Program-made: the position numbers and the translations under genes
The notes under the pieces: model-generated
Told to the model about the DNA's origin: nothing
Seen by the model: only the letters and a program-made list of their open reading frames with translations
Databases searched by the model: none
Shown here: positions 20,178 through 29,889 of the stretch, piece by piece
Layout: each line of letters opens with the position of its first letter
Numbering within the stretch: the stretch's first letter is position 1
DNA from: Candidatus Heimdallarchaeota archaeon
GTDB lineage: Archaea; Asgardarchaeota; Heimdallarchaeia; Heimdallarchaeales; Heimdallarchaeaceae
Assembly (NCBI GenBank): GCA_018238545.1
Contig: JABCTC010000003.1
Span: 1 to 64,000 of the forward strand
Length of the DNA stretch: 64,000 nt
Reading direction: 5' to 3'

Positions 20178-20741
20178 ATGTCCATATATGGTGCTGTTAA
20201 AATAGTTTTGTTAGGAGATTATGCTACTGGAAAAACTACCTTGAAACGTTCTTTCATGGGTTTGCATCTGGATGAAAAATATATGAGTACTTTGGGGGTA
20301 GATCTAGCAACTCACAAATATATGGATGAAGATATGGAAATAACTTTTCAAATATGGGATATGGGAGGTCAGAAGGAGTTTAAAGAAATTAGAATCAAGC
20401 AATATGTTGGAACCGAAGGTGGTCTTCTAGTTTTTGATAAGAGCAGACCTGAGACATTTGCTAATCTAAATAAATGGTTAGAGGAACTTAATTCTTCAAT
20501 AGACTATAAAATTCCATTGCTGATTCTTGGAAATAAACATGATCTTCTAGAGTATGATCAAAATCAGCTTTTTGATGAACAATCCAAACACTTTCTTAAT
20601 GAGTTTAAAGATAAATTCCAGAACATTGACCTTGTAGAATACTTTTCAACGTGCGCTTTAACAGGTAGCAATGTTTACGATGCTTTTCTTAGATTAGGTC
20701 GTACTATTATCAAAAAGAAAAGCAATGAAATGAAAATCTAA
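20178..20741 (+). CDS. Rab/Ras-like small GTPase
   Basis: G1 GDYATGKT, TLGVDL, G3 WDMGGQ, G4 NKHD, G5 TCAL. ATG 20178 preferred over TTG 20115. Confidence 0.92.
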   Translation: MSIYGAVKIVLLGDYATGKTTLKRSFMGLHLDEKYMSTLGVDLATHKYMDEDMEITFQIWDMGGQKEFKEIRIKQYVGTEGGLLVFDKSRPETFANLNKWLEELNSSIDYKIPLLILGNKHDLLEYDQNQLFDEQSKHFLNEFKDKFQNIDLVEYFSTCALTGSNVYDAFLRLGRTIIKKKSNEMKI

Positions 20742-20808
20742 AAGAACGACAAAAAGAAAGTATTAAAATAGGTGAATCTCAAAATCACTAACGAGAGCTG
20801 GTTATTGT

Positions 20809-21711
20809 ATGGCTATTGGTGAAGAAATTCTAAGCATCTTAACAATGTTGATACCAATTATAGGTTTCATAGGTTTGTATGTTGCGTTTTACGTTTGGGG
20901 AAAAATAGTAAACAAAAAGAAAAAGGAAGAATATTTTGATGATGTCTTAACAGCATTAGATCCTTACATAACTAACTATGCCAGAAAAGATCCAAATGAT
21001 AGGCAAGTAGAGATAAGATGCCAACTAAATGAGGAATTCATCCTAAAGAGTGCATCAGTGTGGCTAATTCTCTTACCTAGAACTAGTTTTCCAACAATGC
21101 TGGTTGATGGATTGTTTTATAGAAATAAAGATTCATTTGGAATGGCAGCAAATTTCAAGGATAAACCAAGAGTGGTTTTTGAAATGATACCTTATCGTCT
21201 CAAACCAGCCATAAAAAAGGATTTTGATTACCTTGTTGAAATTGACGATGTCCCTACGCCTAATCCTGAGCTAAATGGTAAATTTCTTATCAAGTCAAAT
21301 CGTTCTAGAGCTGTAAAACAACTAGTTAACAGCAAGATGTTCACAAAAAGCTTAGAGAACTATCCAAAGGAATTACAATGGATTTCAGTAAGAACTGATG
21401 AACCAAATTTTGAAATGAAATTTAATTTAACAAAGAAGCCAGCAGACTTACTACATTTGACAAAGTTTGCTATGACAACTTTGAAGTTTTTTGCTAAAGT
21501 TACCGAGAAAACAAAAGATTTGCCCATTCCTGTTATTTTGAAGAAAGAAGTTAAGAAATTGGATGAAAAAGAGAAACAAAAGCAAGAAAAAGAGAAAGAA
21601 AAATTCATGAAGGAAAGGGAGAAAAGAAGAGAAAAAGAAAGGAAAATTGAAGAAAAAGAAGCAAAAAGACGGGCGAAAAAAGAAGAAAGAGCAAGAAATA
21701 AAGGAAAATAA
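20809..21711 (+). CDS. CCDC47/DUF1682-like single-TM protein with C-terminal charged coiled coil
   Basis: TM ending YVWGKIVN, a globular domain aligning by eye with CCDC47, and a K/E/R-rich tail. Confidence 0.62.
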   Translation: MAIGEEILSILTMLIPIIGFIGLYVAFYVWGKIVNKKKKEEYFDDVLTALDPYITNYARKDPNDRQVEIRCQLNEEFILKSASVWLILLPRTSFPTMLVDGLFYRNKDSFGMAANFKDKPRVVFEMIPYRLKPAIKKDFDYLVEIDDVPTPNPELNGKFLIKSNRSRAVKQLVNSKMFTKSLENYPKELQWISVRTDEPNFEMKFNLTKKPADLLHLTKFAMTTLKFFAKVTEKTKDLPIPVILKKEVKKLDEKEKQKQEKEKEKFMKEREKRREKERKIEEKEAKRRAKKEERARNKGK

Positions 21712-21875
21712 TCTCAATTATTTCTGCTATCTACTTTTATTGTATCGTTTTTTGTTGAAAGACAACGTTTTGACAAATTGTTTATAAAAGACCTCAAGAT
21801 TTCTTATGCATAGCAAAATTTGCTTCTATAACAATTATTGTATCTATTCTGCATCAGATAAAGGAATGAAAATAT

Positions 21876-22733
21876 TTGCCAAAAAGTACTATGAAAGTTA
21901 TAGTTGACAGTACATGTGATCTCCCAGAAGAATTAGCTAGGAAATATGACATTGATATTGTCCCCGTTTATATCCATCATCATGATGAGATTATTGCTGA
22001 TAGATTCGAAATTACTTCTGCTGAATTTTATGAAGTTTTGAGGAATGATGATACTTTACCAAAGACCTCAGGATCAAGTCCAAAAGATTTTCTAGATAAA
22101 ATTAATGAAAATATGAAAAATTATTCCTCAATGTTCATTACTACAATTTCTTCAAAACTTTCTGCTACATATCAATCAGCTTGTATTGTAGTTAAGAGAA
22201 TTAAGAACAAGAGAATCCATCTGGTAGATTCCAAATTTAGTTCAGGAGTATTAGCTTTCATCTCTTTAGCAGCTGCAAAATTGACAAGAAAAGGTGTTCC
22301 TGAAGAAGAAATAATAAGGAAAGTAGAAGAAATACGAGATGAATCAATTCTATTAGGTTATGTGGATAACCTTGAAAATCTAAAAAAATCAGGAAGAATC
22401 TCTCATATTAAGTTTCTAATTGGGTCACTTATAAAATCTAAACCCCTTCTCGAATTAACAGATGGGATATTGCAGTCAATAGGTCAAGCAACTGGAAAGG
22501 ATAAGGCAATCAACAAAGTTCTTTCTTCAATCTTTGAACGAATTAAGAAAAATCAGAAATATGATGTTATGATAACCCATGGGGATGACTCAAAAACAGC
22601 AGAAACAATATTATCTCGCTTAGAAGGCAAATTCCCAATAGGAGAGAAAATTATTAACTTCCTCACTCCTGCTTTAGCAGTTCACTTGGGTTTAGGAACA
22701 ATTGTTGTATCATTGTCTCCAAGCCCTTACTGA
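21876..22733 (+). CDS. DegV/FakB-family fatty-acid-binding protein
   Basis: VIVDSTCDLP, PKTS, ISSKLSATY, VDS, LKKSGRI, KPLL, AVHLG. Confidence 0.92.
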   Translation: MPKSTMKVIVDSTCDLPEELARKYDIDIVPVYIHHHDEIIADRFEITSAEFYEVLRNDDTLPKTSGSSPKDFLDKINENMKNYSSMFITTISSKLSATYQSACIVVKRIKNKRIHLVDSKFSSGVLAFISLAAAKLTRKGVPEEEIIRKVEEIRDESILLGYVDNLENLKKSGRISHIKFLIGSLIKSKPLLELTDGILQSIGQATGKDKAINKVLSSIFERIKKNQKYDVMITHGDDSKTAETILSRLEGKFPIGEKIINFLTPALAVHLGLGTIVVSLSPSPY

Positions 22734-22746
22734 TATCCTAACTCCT

Positions 22747-24291
22747 TTAGATCTCCTTAGCTCTAAAAGCTAAAGCCCTCTCTATTACACTATTGATATA
22801 GTTGGGGATATCTGAAGCCATTAATCCATTTCCGTAGTCTTTTGCAGCTAGTTCTCCAGCTGCTCCTGAGATATAAATACCCAGACATGATGCGAGAAAT
22901 GGATCATCAATAACAGCTTGAAGAGCTCCAATGATACCTGTAAGAACGTCCCCTGTACCCCCAACAGACATCCCAGGATGACCTGTTTTGTTGATTTTAG
23001 TAGTTTTTCCGTTAGATATAATGTCGTTTTTACCTTTCAAAACAATTATAGTATTCCATTTAGCAGCTACTTCTGCTACTATTTCTGCATCTTTATCGAC
23101 GTCTCCCGATAGTTTCTTATTGAAAATCTTACGGAATTCACCTTTGTGAGGGGTAAGAACAGACTGATGGTATTTTAATAGAAACAAGTGTTCCTCTTCC
23201 ATTGAGCTTAAAGCACTAGCATCTATTACGACTCGCTTAGGTTCTTTAGATTTAAGAAACTCGAGTAAAGTATCTTTTGTTGTTTGGGAATCTATCATTC
23301 CAGGACCAATTACATATGCAGAACCTTTTGTCCGATGGTGATTAAAAATGTCTTCAATATCATTAGGTGTGATTTCACCTTCTGCTGCAGGGATTGTTAT
23401 AAAATCAGGTGCATAGGACGAAACCGTATTCCTAATATCAGAAGGTGTGAGAATGAAGATTAAATCAGCTCCTGTTCTAAAAGCTCCAAAACCTACCAAA
23501 GCTGGAGCCCCTATATACTCCCGAGAACCAGCTATAACAGTTACTACACCATTTTGTCTCTTATGACTATCAGGTTTCCTTATAGGATAAAACCATTTGA
23601 GATCTCCTATACCAATAATTTTTTCTGCATCCTCAGGAATGCCTATATCTCTAACTACAATTTGTGCATCAGTAAAATTACCTTTACGAACCTTATTTCT
23701 ACCTAAACAAATGATGAGATTAGGTTGCTTAACAAACTGTTCATTTTGTGTTTCAGGATTGTATCCTGAGGGTATATCTAGAGCAATAATCTTAGCTTGA
23801 CTTCTTGTGTTAAGATACTCAACAGCTGTTTTTACTGGTTCTCTTAAATCTCCAATAACGCCAATTCCTAAGAGAGCATCTAGAATAACTTTGCTTTCCA
23901 ACATTGTTTCTGGTATCTTGATGAAATCCTCTGGTTCTCGAACATAGTACCAATTCTCTTTTGGCAATTTCTTCTGAAGTATCTCATAATTCTTTTGAGA
24001 AGCTAAAGAATCAAACTTATTTTTATTACCAAAAATGACAATATAACAGCTAAAACCTTGTTGTAATAGTAGTTTTGCAGCTACTAAAGAATCTCCACCA
24101 TTATTGCCATAACCAGAAAAGATAGTAATTGAGTTGAGCGATTCTTTTTTGCAAAATTCAATGATTTCCTCTGTTATTACTTTTCCAGCAATTTTCATCA
24201 TCTCAAAAATTGTTTTGCCTTCTGCAAATACATTGTCCTCTAAAGCTCTAGTCATTCGAATTGTAAAGAAATTATGTTCATCTTTACTCAT
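22747..24291 (-). CDS. nnr: Bifunctional NAD(P)H-hydrate epimerase/dehydratase
   Basis: GNNGGD, DALLGIG, DIPSG, HKRQNG, TPHKGEF, GGTGDVL. Confidence 0.95.
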   Translation of the reverse strand: MSKDEHNFFTIRMTRALEDNVFAEGKTIFEMMKIAGKVITEEIIEFCKKESLNSITIFSGYGNNGGDSLVAAKLLLQQGFSCYIVIFGNKNKFDSLASQKNYEILQKKLPKENWYYVREPEDFIKIPETMLESKVILDALLGIGVIGDLREPVKTAVEYLNTRSQAKIIALDIPSGYNPETQNEQFVKQPNLIICLGRNKVRKGNFTDAQIVVRDIGIPEDAEKIIGIGDLKWFYPIRKPDSHKRQNGVVTVIAGSREYIGAPALVGFGAFRTGADLIFILTPSDIRNTVSSYAPDFITIPAAEGEITPNDIEDIFNHHRTKGSAYVIGPGMIDSQTTKDTLLEFLKSKEPKRVVIDASALSSMEEEHLFLLKYHQSVLTPHKGEFRKIFNKKLSGDVDKDAEIVAEVAAKWNTIIVLKGKNDIISNGKTTKINKTGHPGMSVGGTGDVLTGIIGALQAVIDDPFLASCLGIYISGAAGELAAKDYGNGLMASDIPNYINSVIERALAFRAKEI

Positions 24292-24332
24292 TGAAAATTA
24301 ATTGTTCTATAGATTAATAACTCTTTTTCATT

Positions 24333-24411
24333 ATGAGTGACCTTTCCGAACGTTAACGAACATTTAAGGTCTTCAACTGTTATCATCTCTGCAGCGATTA
24401 CTCTAAACAGT
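24333..24411 (-). ncRNA. Putative 3' part of omegaRNA / right end of the tnpB element
   Basis: Hairpins aactgtt/aacagtt and gacctt/aaggtc, followed by ACTCAT, the same terminus as the 33056 and 60084 right ends. Confidence 0.5.
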
Positions 24412-25611
24412 TCAACAGTGAGGATGACTCACGGCATCCACTGTCCCGGAGGTGAAGACCAGCGGGAATACTTTTCGACCGATATTGCCAGCTGAGTTGC
24501 AATCAGCGTTAAGCAGGATACCGGTTTTGCTTCTGAATAAACCTCTTTTCAACCTTCTTCCTAGATATTTGGGGTGTTTTTTGATTACCTCGTTATCTAG
24601 AACCGAACATTTAGATGTATAATCTTCTTCCGTCAAGATGACTTTTATCCCCACCTCTTCAGCTTTATATTGAAGTTTGCGTACCAAGGTCAAGAAAGGA
24701 ATAGTGACGAAATTCTGATTGTTTCTCTTCCCCATCTTGCTCTTCTGTTTCCATTTCTTGTTATAACCGATAACGATGGTACCTATGTTATATTTCAAAC
24801 ATTGGTCGATGACGATCCTTGAAGCTTTATGAAGATAATCTTCCACCTGTTGATAGCGTTTGTCTATCACCTTTTTCATCCCCTCCCCGTAACCTTCTAG
24901 TCTTTGTAAATCGTATGTAGATTGGAGACGGGAACACTCCTTGTTATACCATTGGTTGATCGCTTTCAGTTTCTTCCCGCTGATGAGGAAAGGGGATACA
25001 CAGTTACTCACACAGGCCAAGAGGTTGTTCACCCCTAAATCTATGGCTAAGATATTCTTTGCTCGGAGAGCGTGTTTCGATGGCTCTTGTTTTATTTCTC
25101 GCTCATAAATTATCTCTAAGATAAAACATGTCCCTTTAGGGAGTAAACGGACGTGATTGATCTTACTCCCTTTCTCCAGCCTTGTTTTCACTTTTAACCC
25201 TACTTTTTTGGGAAAATGCAACCACCCCTCTTCTTTCACTTTTGCTTGGCTAGCGGTAAAATAAATGGTGTGGAACCCTCGTTTTTTCTTATACTTGGGT
25301 ACATGGGGTGGAGAGAGGAATTTTTGCGGGTGCTTCTTGTACTCTTTTCTCGCTCTGAAATATGCTTTCCAGTTCTTTACTAAAAATTTTATAGTCTGTT
25401 GTGCTGAGTGGGCGATAAAGTCCGTATAGCAAGGATGATAACGGATCATGCTCACTAATTCATACTCTGAGGTCATATAATTACTATTTTTCAGTTGTCT
25501 TTTAATGATATAATTGCCATAATTATACACATTTTTGCTCTGTCTTGCTAACTGCATAAGCGTGAAACTATGTTTCACTTTTATCCGTTCAGTCCGTCTA
25601 ACGAGCATCAT
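24412..25611 (-). CDS. tnpB: TnpB RNA-guided endonuclease without TnpA (rearranged RuvC-II, no Zn finger)
   Basis: AIDLGVNN, VIGYNKKWKQ, EEDYTSK, NADCNSAGNI. Confidence 0.93.
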   Translation of the reverse strand: MMLVRRTERIKVKHSFTLMQLARQSKNVYNYGNYIIKRQLKNSNYMTSEYELVSMIRYHPCYTDFIAHSAQQTIKFLVKNWKAYFRARKEYKKHPQKFLSPPHVPKYKKKRGFHTIYFTASQAKVKEEGWLHFPKKVGLKVKTRLEKGSKINHVRLLPKGTCFILEIIYEREIKQEPSKHALRAKNILAIDLGVNNLLACVSNCVSPFLISGKKLKAINQWYNKECSRLQSTYDLQRLEGYGEGMKKVIDKRYQQVEDYLHKASRIVIDQCLKYNIGTIVIGYNKKWKQKSKMGKRNNQNFVTIPFLTLVRKLQYKAEEVGIKVILTEEDYTSKCSVLDNEVIKKHPKYLGRRLKRGLFRSKTGILLNADCNSAGNIGRKVFPLVFTSGTVDAVSHPHC

Positions 25612-25717
25612 TACTACCCTCCTTATTACATTATTTAAACCTAAAAACTCTCTCTGAACCTATGCGTTAATGCGGAATAAGACGGAAGATTCAAGCATCT
25701 ATTAGTAACTGAATCTC

Positions 25718-26419
25718 CTAATCTAGACCTTTCCATTCTTTGCTTGCATCTTGCAAATCTTTAGGATTATCTATACTTCTCCAGAAATACTTTGGATCAA
25801 TTTTAAAGGCTTTTAGTTGTTTTTTCTCAGCTAATGAAACGAATATAGTTTCTTCCATTTGCCCTTTCTCGGGAAAATCCTTGAGCAACTCAGATTTGAA
25901 TGTGTCAACACCTGCATGTATCCAATGGTCTAAAATTGGTTTTTCTCTAAATTGTAGAATTGTATCGTCTTCATCGTTTTCTACAATTCCAAATGGACTT
26001 CGCATCTTTGACGTTGCTATTGTCCCCATGGCACCAACCTTAACATGATATGAATTCATCTCTCCCAAATCAAAATTAGTCATAATATCTCCGTTAACAA
26101 TGATGGTTTCTTTGCTCCCAACAAACTCATTTGCTTGTTTAACCGCTCCACCCGAACCAAGTTTTTCTTTTTCTTTGCTATAACTTACTTCTATTGTCCC
26201 ATAATCAGTGCTATATGTGTTCCCAAATTGCTCCTCAATGTAATCTGCTAAATGTCTAACAGCAAGTATAGCATGTTTTACTCCATACTTGCGTAACCAT
26301 GACATCTCCCACTCTAATATGGTCTTTCCAGCTATAGGGATCATAGTCTTTGGGTAACTATCTTGGGTGACTGTTCTGATTCTTGTTCCAAGTCCACCAC
26401 ATAGAATAATTGCATCCAT
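25718..26419 (-). CDS. Sugar-phosphate nucleotidyltransferase
   Basis: ILCGGLGTR, PKTMIPI, EKLGSGGA, NGD, FREKP. Confidence 0.9.
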   Translation of the reverse strand: MDAIILCGGLGTRIRTVTQDSYPKTMIPIAGKTILEWEMSWLRKYGVKHAILAVRHLADYIEEQFGNTYSTDYGTIEVSYSKEKEKLGSGGAVKQANEFVGSKETIIVNGDIMTNFDLGEMNSYHVKVGAMGTIATSKMRSPFGIVENDEDDTILQFREKPILDHWIHAGVDTFKSELLKDFPEKGQMEETIFVSLAEKKQLKAFKIDPKYFWRSIDNPKDLQDASKEWKGLD

Positions 26420-26518
26420 ATTCTGTTTTCGGAACGTTAGAATAATAAACTTTTCTCTCGCTATTTCTCAAATCAATGACATAAAGTTAAAATAGTTTGG
26501 AGAGGAGTCAAAGACATT

Positions 26519-27091
26519 ATGTCAGTTGAAGAAAAATCACCTATAGAAGAATTTGTAGAATTATACGCCAAAATCAAAGGCGATTTTGAAAAACTTCCTG
26601 AAATCTTAACTAAACTATCTAATTTCTCTGGTGATATTGTCAAAGAGAACAATGAACTTAAAGAAAAATTGAAGAATATTGATGAAAAGTTACAAGTTTT
26701 GCAAACAGAGTATGAAACAAAAGATTCCAAAATCTCTGACGTAGAAAAAGAAGCTGCTAAATATAAAAAGAAACTTGAAAGCGTCGAAGACCAGATGTCT
26801 GGATTACGTGATATGTACGAAGATATGGCTCAAGAAAGATCCAAGGACATGGAAATTCAAGACCTTCTAGCAATCTATACAGTTCTATTTGAGAAAGTTT
26901 TTGCAGCAGACCCACATACAAAGATTCTGTTGCTTTTACAAGGTGTAGACAAAGAAGTTTGGACAAGAGATGAATTAGTTAAAACCACAGGTTTTGCTCC
27001 TGCTGCAATCTTGAAAGCATTACATGATTTAAGGAACAACGAAATTGTTGAACTTGATGAATCTGCAAAAGAAGTGAAACTTATTATTTAA
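26519..27091 (+). CDS. Coiled-coil protein with C-terminal winged helix
   Basis: Heptad-rich N-terminus; DPHTKILLLL..TRDELVKTTGFAPAAILKALHDL..IVEL wHTH pattern. Confidence 0.7.
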   Translation: MSVEEKSPIEEFVELYAKIKGDFEKLPEILTKLSNFSGDIVKENNELKEKLKNIDEKLQVLQTEYETKDSKISDVEKEAAKYKKKLESVEDQMSGLRDMYEDMAQERSKDMEIQDLLAIYTVLFEKVFAADPHTKILLLLQGVDKEVWTRDELVKTTGFAPAAILKALHDLRNNEIVELDESAKEVKLII

Positions 27092-27106
27092 AAGAGAAAG
27101 GAGAAT

Positions 27107-27676
27107 TTAGTCAACTAAGGACATTAAATATTCCTTAATTTTCTTCTCTTCATACTTCTCATCGTGAGTTACTTTTTCTAAAGGTATTTTTCTTGGAGAT
27201 TCGGGGTCTTCATCTGGGTAACCAATCGGAATTATAGCCATCGGAAGAACATGTTCAGGTAATTCTAGCAATCTAGAAACCCTCTCATCGTTAAAAGCTC
27301 CTATCCAACAAGATCCCAAACCTAGTGCTTTGCACATTAAAAGAATATTTTGTACTGCAGCACCAGAATCATGATAGATGTACATTTGTTCTCCTCTATC
27401 ACCATACCGAGAAGTTGTTCTTTCTAAATTGACAATAACGACAATTACGGCTGCAGATTCTTTCACAAATTGTTGTGCAGAAATTTTTTGTCTTATAGAT
27501 GAATCCTTTATAACTATAAATTCAACAGGCTGTCGGTTCCCAGCTGAAGGAGCTAACCAACCTGCTTCAAGAATCTTTTGAAGAGTACTATCTGATATCT
27601 CTTGATTGGTAAATGAACGTACACTTCTTCTTGTTTTTATTATCTCATAAACTGTATCAGCTGATTCTTTACTCAT
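27107..27676 (-). CDS. Nitroreductase-family protein
   Basis: RRSVRSF, APSAGNRQP, ALGLGSCWIG, IPIGYP. Start placed at ATG 27676. Confidence 0.93.
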   Translation of the reverse strand: MSKESADTVYEIIKTRRSVRSFTNQEISDSTLQKILEAGWLAPSAGNRQPVEFIVIKDSSIRQKISAQQFVKESAAVIVVIVNLERTTSRYGDRGEQMYIYHDSGAAVQNILLMCKALGLGSCWIGAFNDERVSRLLELPEHVLPMAIIPIGYPDEDPESPRKIPLEKVTHDEKYEEKKIKEYLMSLVD

Positions 27677-27765
27677 GTTTTTCACAGTACAACTGACAAT
27701 GTACAATATTTATCATTTTCGGATGAAGTTTACCTTTTTTGAATTAATATTTACTTAGGTTTCTT

Positions 27766-28695
27766 TCATTCTATATTTAGCATATCTTTTCCTTTTGATT
27801 CTTCTACGTCCTTTTCCTCTTCCTTCTCTCTCTGATTCATAGCATTTTTTACATATGTTAAATCTGCTAGAAATGCTTTCAGAGGGATAATCAACAATCC
27901 TAAGAAGTATATTAGAGCTGCTATAAAAGAAAAGATTGTTATTCCTATTGCAGGGTTAATATCGAAAAAGATATCCAATATAAGTAATGGAGAAAATGCT
28001 AAACCTATTGCAGAGAAAAGTAGCGTTCCTAAACCATAGTTCAATAAAATTGTGCTTATCTTTACAGGTCTCTTAATCTGAAATATCTTGTATAACCAGC
28101 TAGAACTGACATAATAGATTCCAAAAAATGGTGCAGACAATATGAGCGCTCCACCCAATATTCCAGTGATAAGAGGAGGTATTAGTAATTCAAAAAATGC
28201 TAGCCCGATACTGAATATTACTGTGCCTATTGTTATTAATGCTAATGCATATCCAAAAGACTCCAAAGCAGGACTCACAATGTTTGATAATGGTATAGGA
28301 CCACTGAAATAACCAAATGGACGAACTTTATCATAACCATATTTAGTTACAGGAGGTTCATATACTGGACCTTCAGTAATAACTTGTTTTCTTTGTACTA
28401 CTGGTGGGGCATACATCCTACTTTGATCTATTGGTGGCCAAATTACTAATTGAGGCTGTTTCCCAGGAGTTGCTCCTTGTGAAGGAGATTCCCGTTTGAC
28501 ATTGATGGGAGATTCAACTTTAACATCCTTGATATCTTCACCACAAGAACCACAAAACACATCTTCAACTTTGTTATGATCTTTGCATGCTGGACAAATT
28601 TTAAGTGGAATGCCGCAGTACTTGCAGAATTTAGATTCCTCTTTGATGTTTTTAAAACATGCAGGGCATTTAGATGTAACAGTCATTCTATTCAA
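27766..28695 (-). CDS. Double-zinc-ribbon membrane protein
   Basis: Four CxxC pairs at the N-terminus, a Pro-rich linker, about 4 TM helices. Confidence 0.75.
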   Translation of the reverse strand: MNRMTVTSKCPACFKNIKEESKFCKYCGIPLKICPACKDHNKVEDVFCGSCGEDIKDVKVESPINVKRESPSQGATPGKQPQLVIWPPIDQSRMYAPPVVQRKQVITEGPVYEPPVTKYGYDKVRPFGYFSGPIPLSNIVSPALESFGYALALITIGTVIFSIGLAFFELLIPPLITGILGGALILSAPFFGIYYVSSSWLYKIFQIKRPVKISTILLNYGLGTLLFSAIGLAFSPLLILDIFFDINPAIGITIFSFIAALIYFLGLLIIPLKAFLADLTYVKNAMNQREKEEEKDVEESKGKDMLNIE

Positions 28696-28744
28696 AGGAT
28701 GGAGTAAGAAAAATAAAAGGGTTGTGAATCAGTTATTTTTTGAT

Positions 28745-29887
28745 TCAACTTGACAAACTTATAAAGGATTTTCGCAATTTTTCTTCTGTTTCAATAATCT
28801 CCTTTCTACTATCTCTGCCCTTTTCAAGAACTTCCCAAAACCTATCGACATAATCTGGATGAATGCCTGTCAAAACTCCTCTAATGGTGAGATAGGGTTC
28901 ATCAATTGAATTTAGAGCAATCCTGACATCTCCTCTTTCAAACTTCTTGACTATCTTTCTGGTTTCGAAGGTAGATTGGTAAGTTGAAGGCGTTGATATT
29001 GTTAGATATCCTTTTTTTGCTCTGGTTACATCAGCTGTTAAACTTGAATTTCCATCTAATTCATTGAAGAATAAATCTGAAAATCTTACATTTTGAGCTT
29101 GTTCAAGAGTTTCAAATTCCTTATCCAAGGAGACGATAACTCCTAATCCATTTGCTTCTTTAGTGAATGCTAAAAAGAAATCATTCAAACCTGCATTATA
29201 ATCTTCATGATCACTTTCTTGCAAAGCTGCGAGAACAGTTGTGGTCATAGTCACGGCTAACAATTCATTACTTTGTTCTAGAACAACCATTGCTTCTTCT
29301 TCTTCTTCAAAGAATGAAAGAAGTTTCTCATTATCAAATAGTAATATAGGACTTTGAGGTCCCTTAAAATCAAATCCTAGAAAATGTAGTGCTTTTGCTG
29401 CATTATACTGAACTAAGGAGGACTCACCTTTTTCCGGAACGATAAAAATAATTGTTGGAGGGTCTCCTGTTATATCTGCTAGGATTTTGCTTGCTAACAT
29501 CGAACCCGCGCTACCTGTTCCTCCACCACTACCCACAATAAGATGTAGTGCTAAATTTTCTTCATCTCTTCGATCGTCTCTTTTGTAAAAAACTACTTTC
29601 TCAAGCTTATCTCTGAAGTCCATTTCTCTGGTCTTGAGTTTTTCATAAACCGAAGCCAAGTCACTATTTGAAGAAGTTTTATCTCTGTTAAACCACCAAT
29701 GTTCTTCGTAGTTTCTCATTTTTGTTTTGAAATTGTCTGATTGATTAATTGCAAGAGATTTTACTGTGATTCTACTCTCCTTCAAGTGATGAATTATTCT
29801 ATCTCCAATTCTGCAACCAGCATTTCCTATTCCTATAACAGCAATAGAAATTTTCTTTTTGAATAGTTTCCGTTTTAACCAAGACAT
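28745..29887 (-). CDS. Divergent tubulin/FtsZ/CetZ-superfamily GTPase
   Basis: T1 IGIGNAGCRI, signature loop GSGGGTGS, LLFDNEKL, T7-like NAGLND. Confidence 0.88.
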   Translation of the reverse strand: MSWLKRKLFKKKISIAVIGIGNAGCRIGDRIIHHLKESRITVKSLAINQSDNFKTKMRNYEEHWWFNRDKTSSNSDLASVYEKLKTREMDFRDKLEKVVFYKRDDRRDEENLALHLIVGSGGGTGSAGSMLASKILADITGDPPTIIFIVPEKGESSLVQYNAAKALHFLGFDFKGPQSPILLFDNEKLLSFFEEEEEAMVVLEQSNELLAVTMTTTVLAALQESDHEDYNAGLNDFFLAFTKEANGLGVIVSLDKEFETLEQAQNVRFSDLFFNELDGNSSLTADVTRAKKGYLTISTPSTYQSTFETRKIVKKFERGDVRIALNSIDEPYLTIRGVLTGIHPDYVDRFWEVLEKGRDSRKEIIETEEKLRKSFISLSS

Positions 29888-29889
29888 TA

